From Bacteroidota bacterium (GTDB lineage: Bacteria > Bacteroidota > Bacteroidia > Flavobacteriales > Weeksellaceae), in contig JAEWIE010000040.1 of assembly GCA_023387375.1 (NCBI GenBank), forward strand, positions 41,993 to 105,992: a stretch of DNA of 64,000 nucleotides. The letters are read 5' to 3'. Made by a program: the position numbers and the translations under genes. Below are positions 1 through 9,071 of this stretch, in pieces (positions within the stretch are counted from its first letter, which is position 1; each line of letters begins with the position of its first letter). The notes under the pieces are model-generated. The model had not been told where the DNA came from. It saw only the letters and a list, made by a program, of their open reading frames with translations, and did no database searches.

Positions 1-130
1 TGAATACTTTGTTTACTCCATTGTAAATTCGTAGGTGATAATCAAATTGTAGTTTCGATTGCTGTGCGTTGGCAACTGCAAAAAAAGAGCATAACACGAT
101 TGCTACGAGGATTATTCTTGTTGATTTCAT
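1..130 (-). CDS. 5' end of an exported hypothetical protein (runs off the left edge of the window)
   Basis: Own reverse-strand translation from ATG at 130: MKSTRIILVAIVLCSFFAVANAQQSKLQFDYHLRIYNGVNKVF, stop-free to position 1. Signal-peptide-like N-terminus. Absent from the ORF track because it is truncated. Confidence 0.4.
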   Translation of the reverse strand, partial: MKSTRIILVAIVLCSFFAVANAQQSKLQFDYHLRIYNGVNKVF

Positions 131-153
131 CTTTTCAAAAATTTATCTGTTAA

Positions 154-915
154 CTACTTTGAAAGGTTGACCCAGTTTTCTTTTACGATCTTAAAATTAT
201 CTCCGTAACCAAATAAAAAACCAGTTATATTTTCATTGAAAACTCTTGATTTTTCCGCATAGACTAAAAAAGTATTGTATTTCTTTGTTTTAAATTCCTT
301 TCTCAAGGGCAAGAAGAATGGCGTATCATTCTGATATACGGATGCATCGAAATTATAATACCATCGAACCCCTTCATTTCCCCACAAATTCACATAATGC
401 TCATTATAATTGAGATCAGAATAATTTGGATCTAACTGATGAATCGTTTTACCGGTTTCAATATTTATGATGAACGCTTCACAACCTTTTGATGCGTCAC
501 CCTGTCCATTTATTAACTTAATGGCGTACGAAGAATTACCTATGAGTTTAAAACTCTCTCCCACATTGCCTTCTATTAAAATATTTCCCTTGCGATCAAT
601 TATCCCGTAATTAGATTGATGTGACCTTACCCCACAATTTTTGGAATTCAGTGTTTGGTTACCTCTAAGAATCACGGTTGCAAACTTTTGTTTTGCAACA
701 AAATTCGCCCCTGTGGCAATTTTATCAAACTTGGGGCTTATAGCCCACACCCATTCTGAATCGGTGTACCCAAGACCTACCTTTCCATTTTCTTCTTTTG
801 TAGTCCAGGTTATACTTTCATCAAGTAAGGGCTTTTCTGGCGCTTGTTTTTTTGCTTGTGCATGACAAAAACTGACACTGCACCAAAGAACTAAAATCGT
901 TGTAATTGTCTTCAT
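154..915 (-). CDS. hypothetical secreted protein (weak WG-repeat-like segments)
   Basis: 253-aa ORF with signal peptide MKTITTILVLWCSVSFCHAQA. Segments such as YGIIDRKGNILIEG resemble WG/KWG repeats. Hand-counted GC is low. Confidence 0.55.
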   Translation of the reverse strand: MKTITTILVLWCSVSFCHAQAKKQAPEKPLLDESITWTTKEENGKVGLGYTDSEWVWAISPKFDKIATGANFVAKQKFATVILRGNQTLNSKNCGVRSHQSNYGIIDRKGNILIEGNVGESFKLIGNSSYAIKLINGQGDASKGCEAFIINIETGKTIHQLDPNYSDLNYNEHYVNLWGNEGVRWYYNFDASVYQNDTPFFLPLRKEFKTKKYNTFLVYAEKSRVFNENITGFLFGYGDNFKIVKENWVNLSK

Positions 916-927
916 GATTTTTATCTT

Positions 928-1380
928 TTAAAATTTTGTGGCCATCCCTGAATAGGTGAATTTGATTCCCGCAGCGGGATATTCAGAGCCTTCAGGAAAA
1001 TAATCATATTTATATTCTAGAACGTCCTCTCCTTTTTTCTCCTTATTCACAATTAACACTCCGAAAAACCTCATTTCATTCATATTAAAAGTAAACCAGT
1101 AGCTTGTCTCATTTTTTTTATCTGTAATTTCAACATCAGAAGTTATATTTACAATGGTTTTATCTCTTTCATTCCACCATTTTTTATTTTCAAAATCAAG
1201 TATGAACTTATTCTCAATTTCAAAAGTATTATCCGTTCCAAAACCATGACCTATACGATATTCATGTGATTTAGCCCTTGGCGAATTAAATTTGAATTTT
1301 TGAGCCATTGTCTTGCAAAACACCACGGTTGCCATGACTAAAATAATAGCATATCTAATTTTCAAAATTGAATTCTTCAT
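928..1380 (-). CDS. hypothetical secreted protein
   Basis: 150-aa ORF with a hydrophobic N-terminal signal (AIILVMATVVFCKTMAQ). Lies 12 nt upstream of the next minus-strand ORF. No family recognised. Confidence 0.5.
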   Translation of the reverse strand: MKNSILKIRYAIILVMATVVFCKTMAQKFKFNSPRAKSHEYRIGHGFGTDNTFEIENKFILDFENKKWWNERDKTIVNITSDVEITDKKNETSYWFTFNMNEMRFFGVLIVNKEKKGEDVLEYKYDYFPEGSEYPAAGIKFTYSGMATKF

Positions 1381-1583
1381 AAAGCATTAGGTTAGTTTTG
1401 TCAAATTTAAATGCATTTTTAGGGTCATGAAATAGCTACATGTAGGTAAAATAGGCCTAAAAACGAAGGCTTTAAATCAAATATGAATAGGATCTGCGTT
1501 CGAGCTGTTTCGTTAAGACTTAAAACAAAAAAACCGGACTCCTTTCAGAATCAGGTTCTAATTTGTTTCAGTATGGATTTCCT

Positions 1584-2339
1584 CTAGCTTTTAAGCCACT
1601 TAGTATCCTTTAAGTAATTTTGATCAGGATAGTATATAAAAAGCACGCTACCGTCTTTAATGGTATTAATAATAGGTTTGGCAAGTTGCGATGAAACCGC
1701 AGGACACCCCCAGCTTCGGCCGATACGACGATGCTGTTTTGCGAAATTTTCATTCACATAATTTGCACCATGCATTACAATGGCACGACGAAACGCGGCG
1801 TCATTATATCCTTTGTCGAGTCCATGTAATTTTAATGAGTATCCATTCCCGCCTTGATAGGTTAAATCCGTGCGATAAAACCCAAGGCTACTTTGAAGAG
1901 AACTTTCTCTATTCGAGAAGTTCGTAGCAAATTCATCACCTGTGTTTTTCCCATGCGCAACTAGCGCATTAAAAAGGATCTCTCCTGTTTCTGTATTAAT
2001 CACCCACAGACGCTTTTCATTTGAAGATTTGGAAAAATCACACACCGTTAATAAAACAGTTTCCTCTTTAATTTCTCCCGCCCTTTTGAGGTTTTCAAAT
2101 CCAGTCATTGCTTTTTCAAACACATCAAAGCTTAGTGTCTGAACGTTCGAAAAATCAAGACGATTGTAGGAACTTAAAACCGTATTAGATACAGAATTCT
2201 TAGTGGGATCTACTTCATTAAAAGCGGCGAAAGCGCTGGTATCCGATTTTTTGTCTGCTGTAGTAGCTGAGTCCGACGATTTGTAGGACGTACTTAGAGC
2301 CAATACAGATATGAGAGATAGCAGTATTTTCTTTGTCAT
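1584..2339 (-). CDS. L,D-transpeptidase catalytic domain family protein (YkuD-like)
   Basis: Signal peptide, then VMHGANYV...GRSWGCPAV, which matches the His/Cys catalytic motif of murein L,D-transpeptidase-like proteins. Confidence 0.75.
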   Translation of the reverse strand: MTKKILLSLISVLALSTSYKSSDSATTADKKSDTSAFAAFNEVDPTKNSVSNTVLSSYNRLDFSNVQTLSFDVFEKAMTGFENLKRAGEIKEETVLLTVCDFSKSSNEKRLWVINTETGEILFNALVAHGKNTGDEFATNFSNRESSLQSSLGFYRTDLTYQGGNGYSLKLHGLDKGYNDAAFRRAIVMHGANYVNENFAKQHRRIGRSWGCPAVSSQLAKPIINTIKDGSVLFIYYPDQNYLKDTKWLKS

Positions 2340-2454
2340 AAATATTATGTTAAATAAACTTGCGATTGCAAATTTATAAAATCATAACAATCAGAGTGTT
2401 ATTATGAAACACTTTAACAGAATTTTATAACAACTTTAACAGCTACAAAACTTA

Positions 2455-2994
2455 TCATTTGCTCTCATTCTGCGAGTCTGGCACAAAAGCGAGACTGACT
2501 GAATTCATGCAGTAACGAACACCCGTGGGTTTAGGACCGTCGTTAAAAACATGTCCAAGATGAGAATTGCATTTTTTGCAAAGCACCTCGATTCTTTCCA
2601 TCCCATGAGAAGAATCTCTCATGTAGTTCACTCCGTTTTTGTCCGCCTCAAAGAAACTAGGCCAACCACAGGTAGAAGCAAATTTTTGATCGCTTCGGAA
2701 TAAATGATTTCCACAAACAGCGCAATAATAATCGCCGTGCTGGTCAAATTCGTTGTATTTACCGCTAAAAGGACGCTCGGTTCCTTTTTCTCTCGCAATA
2801 TAATAGAGCTCTGGAGAGAGCACTTCTTTCCACTCTTCGTTGCTTTTACTAAGTGTCGTAGAGTTGTTAATAGAAAAGTATGGATTGTTTTTTGATGTAG
2901 AATCTTGCATAACGTTTGACTTGATAGGAGAATAACTCTGCGAGCAGGCTTGCAGAACAAAAATACCTCCCAATATTAATAGAATTTTATTCAT
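2455..2994 (-). CDS. msrB: peptide-methionine (R)-S-oxide reductase MsrB with lipoprotein signal
   Basis: Two CxxC pairs (CAVCGNHLF, CKKCNSHLGHVF) and the RYCMNS catalytic motif. N-terminus MNKILLILGGIFVLQAC has a lipobox-like cysteine. Confidence 0.9.
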   Translation of the reverse strand: MNKILLILGGIFVLQACSQSYSPIKSNVMQDSTSKNNPYFSINNSTTLSKSNEEWKEVLSPELYYIAREKGTERPFSGKYNEFDQHGDYYCAVCGNHLFRSDQKFASTCGWPSFFEADKNGVNYMRDSSHGMERIEVLCKKCNSHLGHVFNDGPKPTGVRYCMNSVSLAFVPDSQNESK

Positions 2995-3069
2995 TGATTC
3001 AAGTTTCTTGGGTTAAAGTGCCCACTAAAAACTTATTTATATAGTTCAAAATTAGTGAAATAATACTAA

Positions 3070-4314
3070 ATGACAGAAACACAAAAGAAAAGACAATTAC
3101 GAAATCATAAACTATTTGCAACCGGACTATTCGTCTTAATGGCAATTGTTTTTATTCTTACCACCGTATTGCAAAAGCAATCTAGTTCACATTGGATAGG
3201 CTATTTGCACGCATTCTCAGAGGCGGCGATGGTAGGCGCACTTGCGGACTGGTTTGCGGTAACCGCCCTATTCCACTATCCTCTAGGGATGAAAATCCCA
3301 CATACAAACTTAATTCAAAACAAAAAAGACCAAATCGGAGACAACCTTGGCTCTTTCGTTGTAGGCAACTTTTTATCTCCGGAGACGGTTCGTCCCTACA
3401 TTGCCAAAATGCAAGTTTCCGATTACTTAGGATCTTGGCTTCTTAAACCTATCAATCAGCAACTCTTAATCTCGGAGGGATCTATTATTCTGCAAGACCT
3501 TATTGCAAAACTCGAGGACGCTGCGATCGAATCTTTCTTAGTTCAAAAAACAAATCAACTGACAGAGAACTTAAATTTAGCGTCCACAGTTGGAAGTACG
3601 ATGGAGTATTTGGTTGAAAAAGACCAACACCAACTTTTAGTTAGTTCAATTGCCTCGCAAATTAAAAAGTATATTCTTGAAAACGAGGATGAAATCAGAA
3701 ATCGAGTAAGACAGCAAAGTTACGCGATCATTCCCAATTTTGTAGACAACGCAATTGCAGACAAGATTTCGAAAGGAATTGTCTCTTACTTTGAAGAAAT
3801 CGAATCCGATTTACAACATCCTGTGAGAGAGGCGCTCACAGATAAAATAAAAGAATTGTCTTCAGAACTTAAAACAAGTGAGGAATGGAAGCAAAAAATT
3901 CAATCCATGAAAAGTCTTTTTCTATCGGAAGAAAGACTGGAGAGCTACGCAAAGGATATTTGGAAATCGATAAAAACCCTCCTTTTAAAAGAACTCACTC
4001 AAAGCGATTCTCCACTAAAAAGCTATCTACAAAAGTCCATCCATAACTTAGCAATCGATCTTACGGAGGATCAGAAATTAAAAGATAAAATCGATAAGTG
4101 GGTTCGACTTACTTCCTATCGATACTTTTTACGAAACACCCACCGTGTGAGTAAGTTAATCTCCAGTACAGTTGAAAACTGGGACGGACAAATGCTTAGT
4201 GAAAAACTAGAATTAGAGGTGGGAAAAGATCTTCAATTCATTCGAGTGAACGGAACGATCGTGGGAGGACTTGTCGGACTAATCCTCTATACGATTGCTA
4301 ATTTCTTCCTTTAG
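3070..4314 (+). CDS. DUF445 family membrane protein
   Basis: N-terminal TM segment plus [34 protein letters not shown], typical of DUF445/YjiN-like proteins. C-terminal TM segment. Confidence 0.7.
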   Translation: MTETQKKRQLRNHKLFATGLFVLMAIVFILTTVLQKQSSSHWIGYLHAFSEAAMVGALADWFAVTALFHYPLGMKIPHTNLIQNKKDQIGDNLGSFVVGNFLSPETVRPYIAKMQVSDYLGSWLLKPINQQLLISEGSIILQDLIAKLEDAAIESFLVQKTNQLTENLNLASTVGSTMEYLVEKDQHQLLVSSIASQIKKYILENEDEIRNRVRQQSYAIIPNFVDNAIADKISKGIVSYFEEIESDLQHPVREALTDKIKELSSELKTSEEWKQKIQSMKSLFLSEERLESYAKDIWKSIKTLLLKELTQSDSPLKSYLQKSIHNLAIDLTEDQKLKDKIDKWVRLTSYRYFLRNTHRVSKLISSTVENWDGQMLSEKLELEVGKDLQFIRVNGTIVGGLVGLILYTIANFFL

Positions 4315-5317
4315 CCTCTTTCAAAAGAGCTTGGTTAATCTCTTTAATCAGCTGCGGTCCTTCATAAATAAAACCGGTATAAAGTTGAACAAGCGAAGCG
4401 CCTGCCGCAAGCTTTTCGAGCGCATCCGCTGCGCAGTGGATTCCACCAACACCAATGATAGGAAAAGCTCCTTCACTCTTCTCATAAAGAAAACGAATGA
4501 CCTCGGTGGATCTTTCTTTTAAAGGTTTTCCTGATAACCCACCCGACTCTTTCTGATTGACGGATGTTAAATTTTCACGCGAAAGAGTTGTGTTGGTTGC
4601 AATGACACCCGAAATTTCGGTTTCCTTGACAATTTGTACGATATCCAATAATTGATCTTCAGACAAATCGGGTGCGATTTTTAAAAGAATCGGTTTTGAT
4701 TTTGTTTTAGCTCTGTTAAGCTTTTGCAGCTCATTTAGAAGCTCTGTTAATGGACCTCTATCCTGAAGGGCTCTAAGGTTCGGTGTATTCGGGGAACTTA
4801 CATTGACCACAAAATAATCAACCACGTGGAACAAGGCCTCAAACGCATATTTATAATCGTCACTTGCTTTTTCGTTGGGCGTTATTTTGTTTTTTCCAAT
4901 ATTACCACCTATCAGTACATCAGTATTTGACTTCAATCTTTCAACCGCTTTATCCACACCTTCATTGTTAAACCCCATTCGGTTAATAATGCCAGAATCT
5001 TCAATTAAACGAAAAAGTCGTTTCTTCTCATTCCCACTTTGCGCCTTGGGAGTTAAGGTTCCAATTTCTACAAATCCAAATCCAAGTGCCCCAAGCTGCT
5101 TATAAAGTTTTGCATCTTTGTCTAGACCTGCAGCTAGACCCACGGGGTTTTTAAACTTTAATCCAAAAACCTCTCTTTCAAGTTTTGAATCCTCAAGAGG
5201 TTTTCCTAAAAACCAAGGGGCTAAGAATCCAAAATTTCGGAGCATCCAGAACGTTAAATGGTGCGCTTTTTCAGGATCTAACTTAAATAGAAGGGGACGA
5301 ATAAGGGTCTTGTACAT
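4298..5317 (-). CDS. pyrD: quinone-dependent dihydroorotate dehydrogenase
   Basis: 339 aa with [34 protein letters not shown] and GVGGI motifs of class 2 DHODH. Confidence 0.93.
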   Translation of the reverse strand: MYKTLIRPLLFKLDPEKAHHLTFWMLRNFGFLAPWFLGKPLEDSKLEREVFGLKFKNPVGLAAGLDKDAKLYKQLGALGFGFVEIGTLTPKAQSGNEKKRLFRLIEDSGIINRMGFNNEGVDKAVERLKSNTDVLIGGNIGKNKITPNEKASDDYKYAFEALFHVVDYFVVNVSSPNTPNLRALQDRGPLTELLNELQKLNRAKTKSKPILLKIAPDLSEDQLLDIVQIVKETEISGVIATNTTLSRENLTSVNQKESGGLSGKPLKERSTEVIRFLYEKSEGAFPIIGVGGIHCAADALEKLAAGASLVQLYTGFIYEGPQLIKEINQALLKEAKGRN

Positions 5318-5489
5318 AGTAATAAAATGGATTTGACAAATTTAAAGTTTTTTCTATGGTCTCACCCCATAATCTAGGAATTTCTCATTTTCAAAATCTT
5401 ATTCAAAACGATTAAAATCCTACACTTGGGCTAAGGGCAATTTAAGTCTGAAAAGGAGTCAAAACCAACCATATTCGGTTTTATTTCAC

Positions 5490-5497
5490 TATTTTTG
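5490..5497 (+). promoter_or_regulatory. Bacteroidota-type -7 promoter box (TAnnTTTG) upstream of glyQS
   Basis: TATTTTTG lies 21 nt upstream of the glyQS ATG at 5518. Confidence 0.4.
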
Positions 5498-5517
5498 TAC
5501 AAATTATCAAGACAATT

Positions 5518-7059
5518 ATGGCAAAACAGGAAGATGCGTTTAAAAAAGTAGTATCCCATGCAAAAGAGTATGGGTTTATTTTTCAAAGTTCTGAGATTTA
5601 CGACGGGCTCTCCGCCGTATATGACTATGGACAAAACGGCGCGGAACTGAAAAATAATATCAAGCAGTACTGGTGGAAAGCCATGGTACAGCTAAATGAA
5701 AATATTGTTGGAATTGATTCTGCAATTCTAATGCACCCTACCATCTGGAAGGCTTCCGGCCACGTAGACGCCTTTAACGATCCTCTCATCGATAACAAAG
5801 ACAGTAAGAAACGTTTTCGTGCGGATGTCTTGATTGAAGATTATTGTGCAAAGCTAGAGGACAAAGCCCAAAAAGAAATTGACAAAGCAGCCAAAAGGTT
5901 CGGTGAATCCTTTGACCTCGCTACGTTTGAATCAACCAATGTAAGAGTATTAGACTATCGCGAACGTCAGAAAACCATTCTTTCTCGAATGGCAAGATCC
6001 CTAGAAAGCAATGATTTAGCGGATGTTAAAACGTTAATCGAAGAACTAGAGATTGCAGACCCGGATTCGGGAAGTAAAAATTGGACAGACGTTCGACAAT
6101 TCAATCTGATGTTTGGAACCAAACTAGGGGCTTCTGCTGAAAACGCGACTGACCTGTATTTAAGACCTGAAACAGCGCAAGGGATTTTTGTCAACTATTT
6201 AAACGTGCAAAAAACCTCTCGCCATAAATTACCCTTTGGGATTGCTCAAATTGGTAAGGCCTTTCGTAACGAAATTGTAGCTAGGCAGTTTATTTTCAGA
6301 ATGCGGGAATTCGAGCAGATGGAAATGCAGTTTTTTGTTCAACCTAACACAGAGCTTTCTCATTTTGAAGAATGGAAACAAAAAAGACTTAACTGGCACT
6401 TGGCATTAGGACTGGGAGAAGAAAATTATAAATTTCATGACCACGAAAAGTTAGCTCACTACGCAAATGCAGCAACAGACATTGAATTTAAATTCCCATT
6501 TGGGTTTAAAGAACTAGAAGGAATTCATTCCCGTACTGATTTCGACCTATCTGCACACGAAGAGTTTTCTGGTCGCAAAATTCAATATTTCGATCCTGAG
6601 AAAAACGAGAACTATGTCCCTTATGTTGTAGAAACCTCTATTGGACTCGATAGATTGTTCCTTGCCTTAATGTCGCACTGTTTAAAAGACGAGGTGCTTG
6701 AAGATGGCTCAGAGCGAACCGTTTTATCTTTACCTCCAGCCTTATCACCAATTAAGGCGGCGATACTTCCTCTTATGAAAAAAGATGGGTTAGGAGAATA
6801 TGCAGAAGCGATTTACAACGATTTAAAACTAGACTTCAACCTTAATTATGAGGAAAAAGATAGCATCGGAAAACGTTATCGTAGAAACGATGCGCTAGGA
6901 ACACCTTATTGTATCACCGTGGATCACGAATCCTTAACAGATCACACCGTGACCTTGCGTGATCGTGACACTATGGTACAAGAAAGAGTCAAAGTAGAAG
7001 ACTTAAGGAGAATCATCGACGAAAAAACAAACTTTAGAACTCTTTTGTCTAAGCTTTAA
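5518..7059 (+). CDS. glyQS: glycine--tRNA ligase (dimeric class II type)
   Basis: 513 aa with YLRPETAQGIF, FRNEI..R.FIFRMREFEQME and GLDRL class II motifs. Followed by a strong terminator. Confidence 0.95.
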   Translation: MAKQEDAFKKVVSHAKEYGFIFQSSEIYDGLSAVYDYGQNGAELKNNIKQYWWKAMVQLNENIVGIDSAILMHPTIWKASGHVDAFNDPLIDNKDSKKRFRADVLIEDYCAKLEDKAQKEIDKAAKRFGESFDLATFESTNVRVLDYRERQKTILSRMARSLESNDLADVKTLIEELEIADPDSGSKNWTDVRQFNLMFGTKLGASAENATDLYLRPETAQGIFVNYLNVQKTSRHKLPFGIAQIGKAFRNEIVARQFIFRMREFEQMEMQFFVQPNTELSHFEEWKQKRLNWHLALGLGEENYKFHDHEKLAHYANAATDIEFKFPFGFKELEGIHSRTDFDLSAHEEFSGRKIQYFDPEKNENYVPYVVETSIGLDRLFLALMSHCLKDEVLEDGSERTVLSLPPALSPIKAAILPLMKKDGLGEYAEAIYNDLKLDFNLNYEEKDSIGKRYRRNDALGTPYCITVDHESLTDHTVTLRDRDTMVQERVKVEDLRRIIDEKTNFRTLLSKL

Positions 7060-7082
7060 ATTTTTTTCTACAGAAATTAAAT

Positions 7083-7120
7083 GCCAATGGCCTAACTTAG
7101 TTGGGCCATTGGCTATTTAT
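7083..7120 (+). terminator. intrinsic terminator after glyQS
   Basis: Perfect 10-bp stem GCCAATGGCC (7083-7092) / GGCCATTGGC (7104-7113), followed by TATTTAT. Confidence 0.7.
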
Positions 7121-7166
7121 CTCCATTTCTTCGGGTCATAAACTTTTTGATTCCTTTTAATTTCCG

Positions 7167-7174
7167 TAAATTTG
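7167..7174 (+). promoter_or_regulatory. -7 promoter box (TAnnTTTG) upstream of sufS
   Basis: TAAATTTG lies 21 nt upstream of the ATG at 7195. Confidence 0.4.
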
Positions 7175-7194
7175 AACCATTCTAAATAAGACAC

Positions 7195-8415
7195 ATGTTT
7201 TCTATACAATCTATACGATCCCAATTTCCAATTCTTTCTCAAGAAGTAAATTCAAAACCCTTAGTGTACCTCGACAATGCAGCGAGTTCACAGAAACCTC
7301 TTTCGGTTATAGAAACCTGGGACCGCTACTACCATGAATACAACGCGAACGTGCATCGCGGAATTCATACGCTAAGTCAAATTGCAACTGAGGCCATGGA
7401 AGACGCACGTATGAAGATTCAAAAATTCATTGGGGCTAAGCATGACTATGAAATCATTTTCACGAAAGGAACGACGGAGGGACTCAATCTTCTAGCCTAT
7501 GCGCACACGAGCGAGATTAAGGCTGGAGATGAAATCATTATTTCTCACCTAGAACACCACTCCAATATTGTTCCCTGGCAAATGCTTTGCGAAAGAACGG
7601 GTGCAAAACTGCTAGTAATTCCAATGAACTTACAAGGCGAGCTCGATCTTTCATTTCTTGAAAAGAATTTAAGTGAAAAAACGAAAATTGTATCCGTCAA
7701 TCAAATATCCAATGCATTAGGGGTGGTGAACCCGATTAAGGAAATTATTTCCATGACCCGCAAAAACTCTAGTGCTAAAATCATAATTGATGGAGCGCAG
7801 TCTATACCTCATCTAAAAATTGATGTACAAGAAATGGATTGTGACTTTTTCGTCTTTTCTGGACATAAAATGTACGCTCCAATGGGAGTTGGAATTCTGT
7901 ACGGAAAACAGGAGCTACTTGAAAAACTTCCTCCTTTTCATGGAGGTGGAGAGATGATTTCCACCTGTAGTTTTGAGAAAACTACTTACGCTGGACTACC
8001 GTTTAAATTTGAAGCCGGTACACCAAATGTGGGAGGAAATATAGCCCTAGGAGCAGCGGTTGATTTCATGGAATCCATAGGACATGAAAATTTACAAAAC
8101 CACGAGGATATGCTACTACAATACGCACAAAAAGAACTTCAAAAGCTAGAGAATGTGCATATCTATGCTGAAAATGCAAATCGTGCAGGGGTAGTTTCTT
8201 TCACACTAAATGGAGCTGGAATTGCATCCGATGCAGGAATGATTTTAGATAAGCTGGGCATTGCCGTTCGTACAGGACACCACTGTACTCAACCTATCAT
8301 GGACTTTTACGGAATTGCGGGTACAATTCGTGCGAGTTTTGCGATCTATAATACGAAAGAAGAAATAGATGCCTTAGTAGAGGGGGTCCGCAAGGCACAA
8401 AGAATGCTGAGCTAG
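7195..8415 (+). CDS. sufS: cysteine desulfurase, SufS family (class V aminotransferase)
   Basis: PLP-lysine motif FSGHKMYAPMGVG and catalytic cysteine motif RTGHHCTQP. 406 aa. Confidence 0.9.
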   Translation: MFSIQSIRSQFPILSQEVNSKPLVYLDNAASSQKPLSVIETWDRYYHEYNANVHRGIHTLSQIATEAMEDARMKIQKFIGAKHDYEIIFTKGTTEGLNLLAYAHTSEIKAGDEIIISHLEHHSNIVPWQMLCERTGAKLLVIPMNLQGELDLSFLEKNLSEKTKIVSVNQISNALGVVNPIKEIISMTRKNSSAKIIIDGAQSIPHLKIDVQEMDCDFFVFSGHKMYAPMGVGILYGKQELLEKLPPFHGGGEMISTCSFEKTTYAGLPFKFEAGTPNVGGNIALGAAVDFMESIGHENLQNHEDMLLQYAQKELQKLENVHIYAENANRAGVVSFTLNGAGIASDAGMILDKLGIAVRTGHHCTQPIMDFYGIAGTIRASFAIYNTKEEIDALVEGVRKAQRMLS

Positions 8416-8427
8416 TTGAAATAGGAA

Positions 8428-8850
8428 TTAGCGAACCTCTGCGCCTCCAAGACCTCGGAGTCTTAGGCCGTATTTCCATTGGACATAAGCAAATACCTGG
8501 TACAACTTATACTCAAAGGCCTTACCATAGTTTTCATTAGGGTCATATTCGATTGCTGACTCAATGACATTTCGGTAACGGCCCGAGTAGTAATAACTGT
8601 TCCACTCCGAAACTAAACTTGTATTTCGAGCTTTTAATAAGCTTTCCGTATACATACTTTCTGGTTTTGCTACGGCCGAAAGGAAATAATCAAACTGCGT
8701 GTCCATTACGATGAGTTCCCATTCTCCCTCTTCGTTTTTTTCCGGTTTCATGACCGCCGATTCGTTGTTAGAACGAGAGAGCGAACTACTGCAACTTGAT
8801 AAAAAACTTAAAGCTCCCAGGAGCAAAACAATGTAGAGTTTTGATTTCAT
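8428..8850 (-). CDS. lipoprotein, DUF6146-like
   Basis: Lipobox LSSCSS after the signal peptide. Small conserved-looking domain (WELIVMDTQFDYFL). The family name is from memory. Confidence 0.55.
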   Translation of the reverse strand: MKSKLYIVLLLGALSFLSSCSSSLSRSNNESAVMKPEKNEEGEWELIVMDTQFDYFLSAVAKPESMYTESLLKARNTSLVSEWNSYYYSGRYRNVIESAIEYDPNENYGKAFEYKLYQVFAYVQWKYGLRLRGLGGAEVR

Positions 8851-9071
8851 GACCGTTATATATGTTAAAATGACAGCAAATAAAAAGCCAAACTTGAATT
8901 ACAAAGAAAGATTCAAAACCACGATGGCAATTGAAGCCTCTTTATGGAAGAATGGAACGGTTATTGTTGCAAAATTTTAGCAAAATATTGTAAAAAAACC
9001 ATCAAATAAAGTTTAATCTTGCAAATGCATAATTTCAAGGCTAAACAAAAGAGTTAACCACTTGAATACGA

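Noticed and set aside
2628-2960. 110-aa ORF in a second frame of msrB
   Set aside because: It lies inside the msrB coding region on the same strand in an alternative frame. msrB motifs account for the region.
8851-9071. Possible riboswitch (for example cobalamin) in the 220-nt region upstream of the TonB-dependent receptor gene
   Set aside because: I saw no B12-box-like or other conserved riboswitch core sequence. The region is AT-rich with no convincing stems. An Infernal/Rfam scan would be needed to say more.
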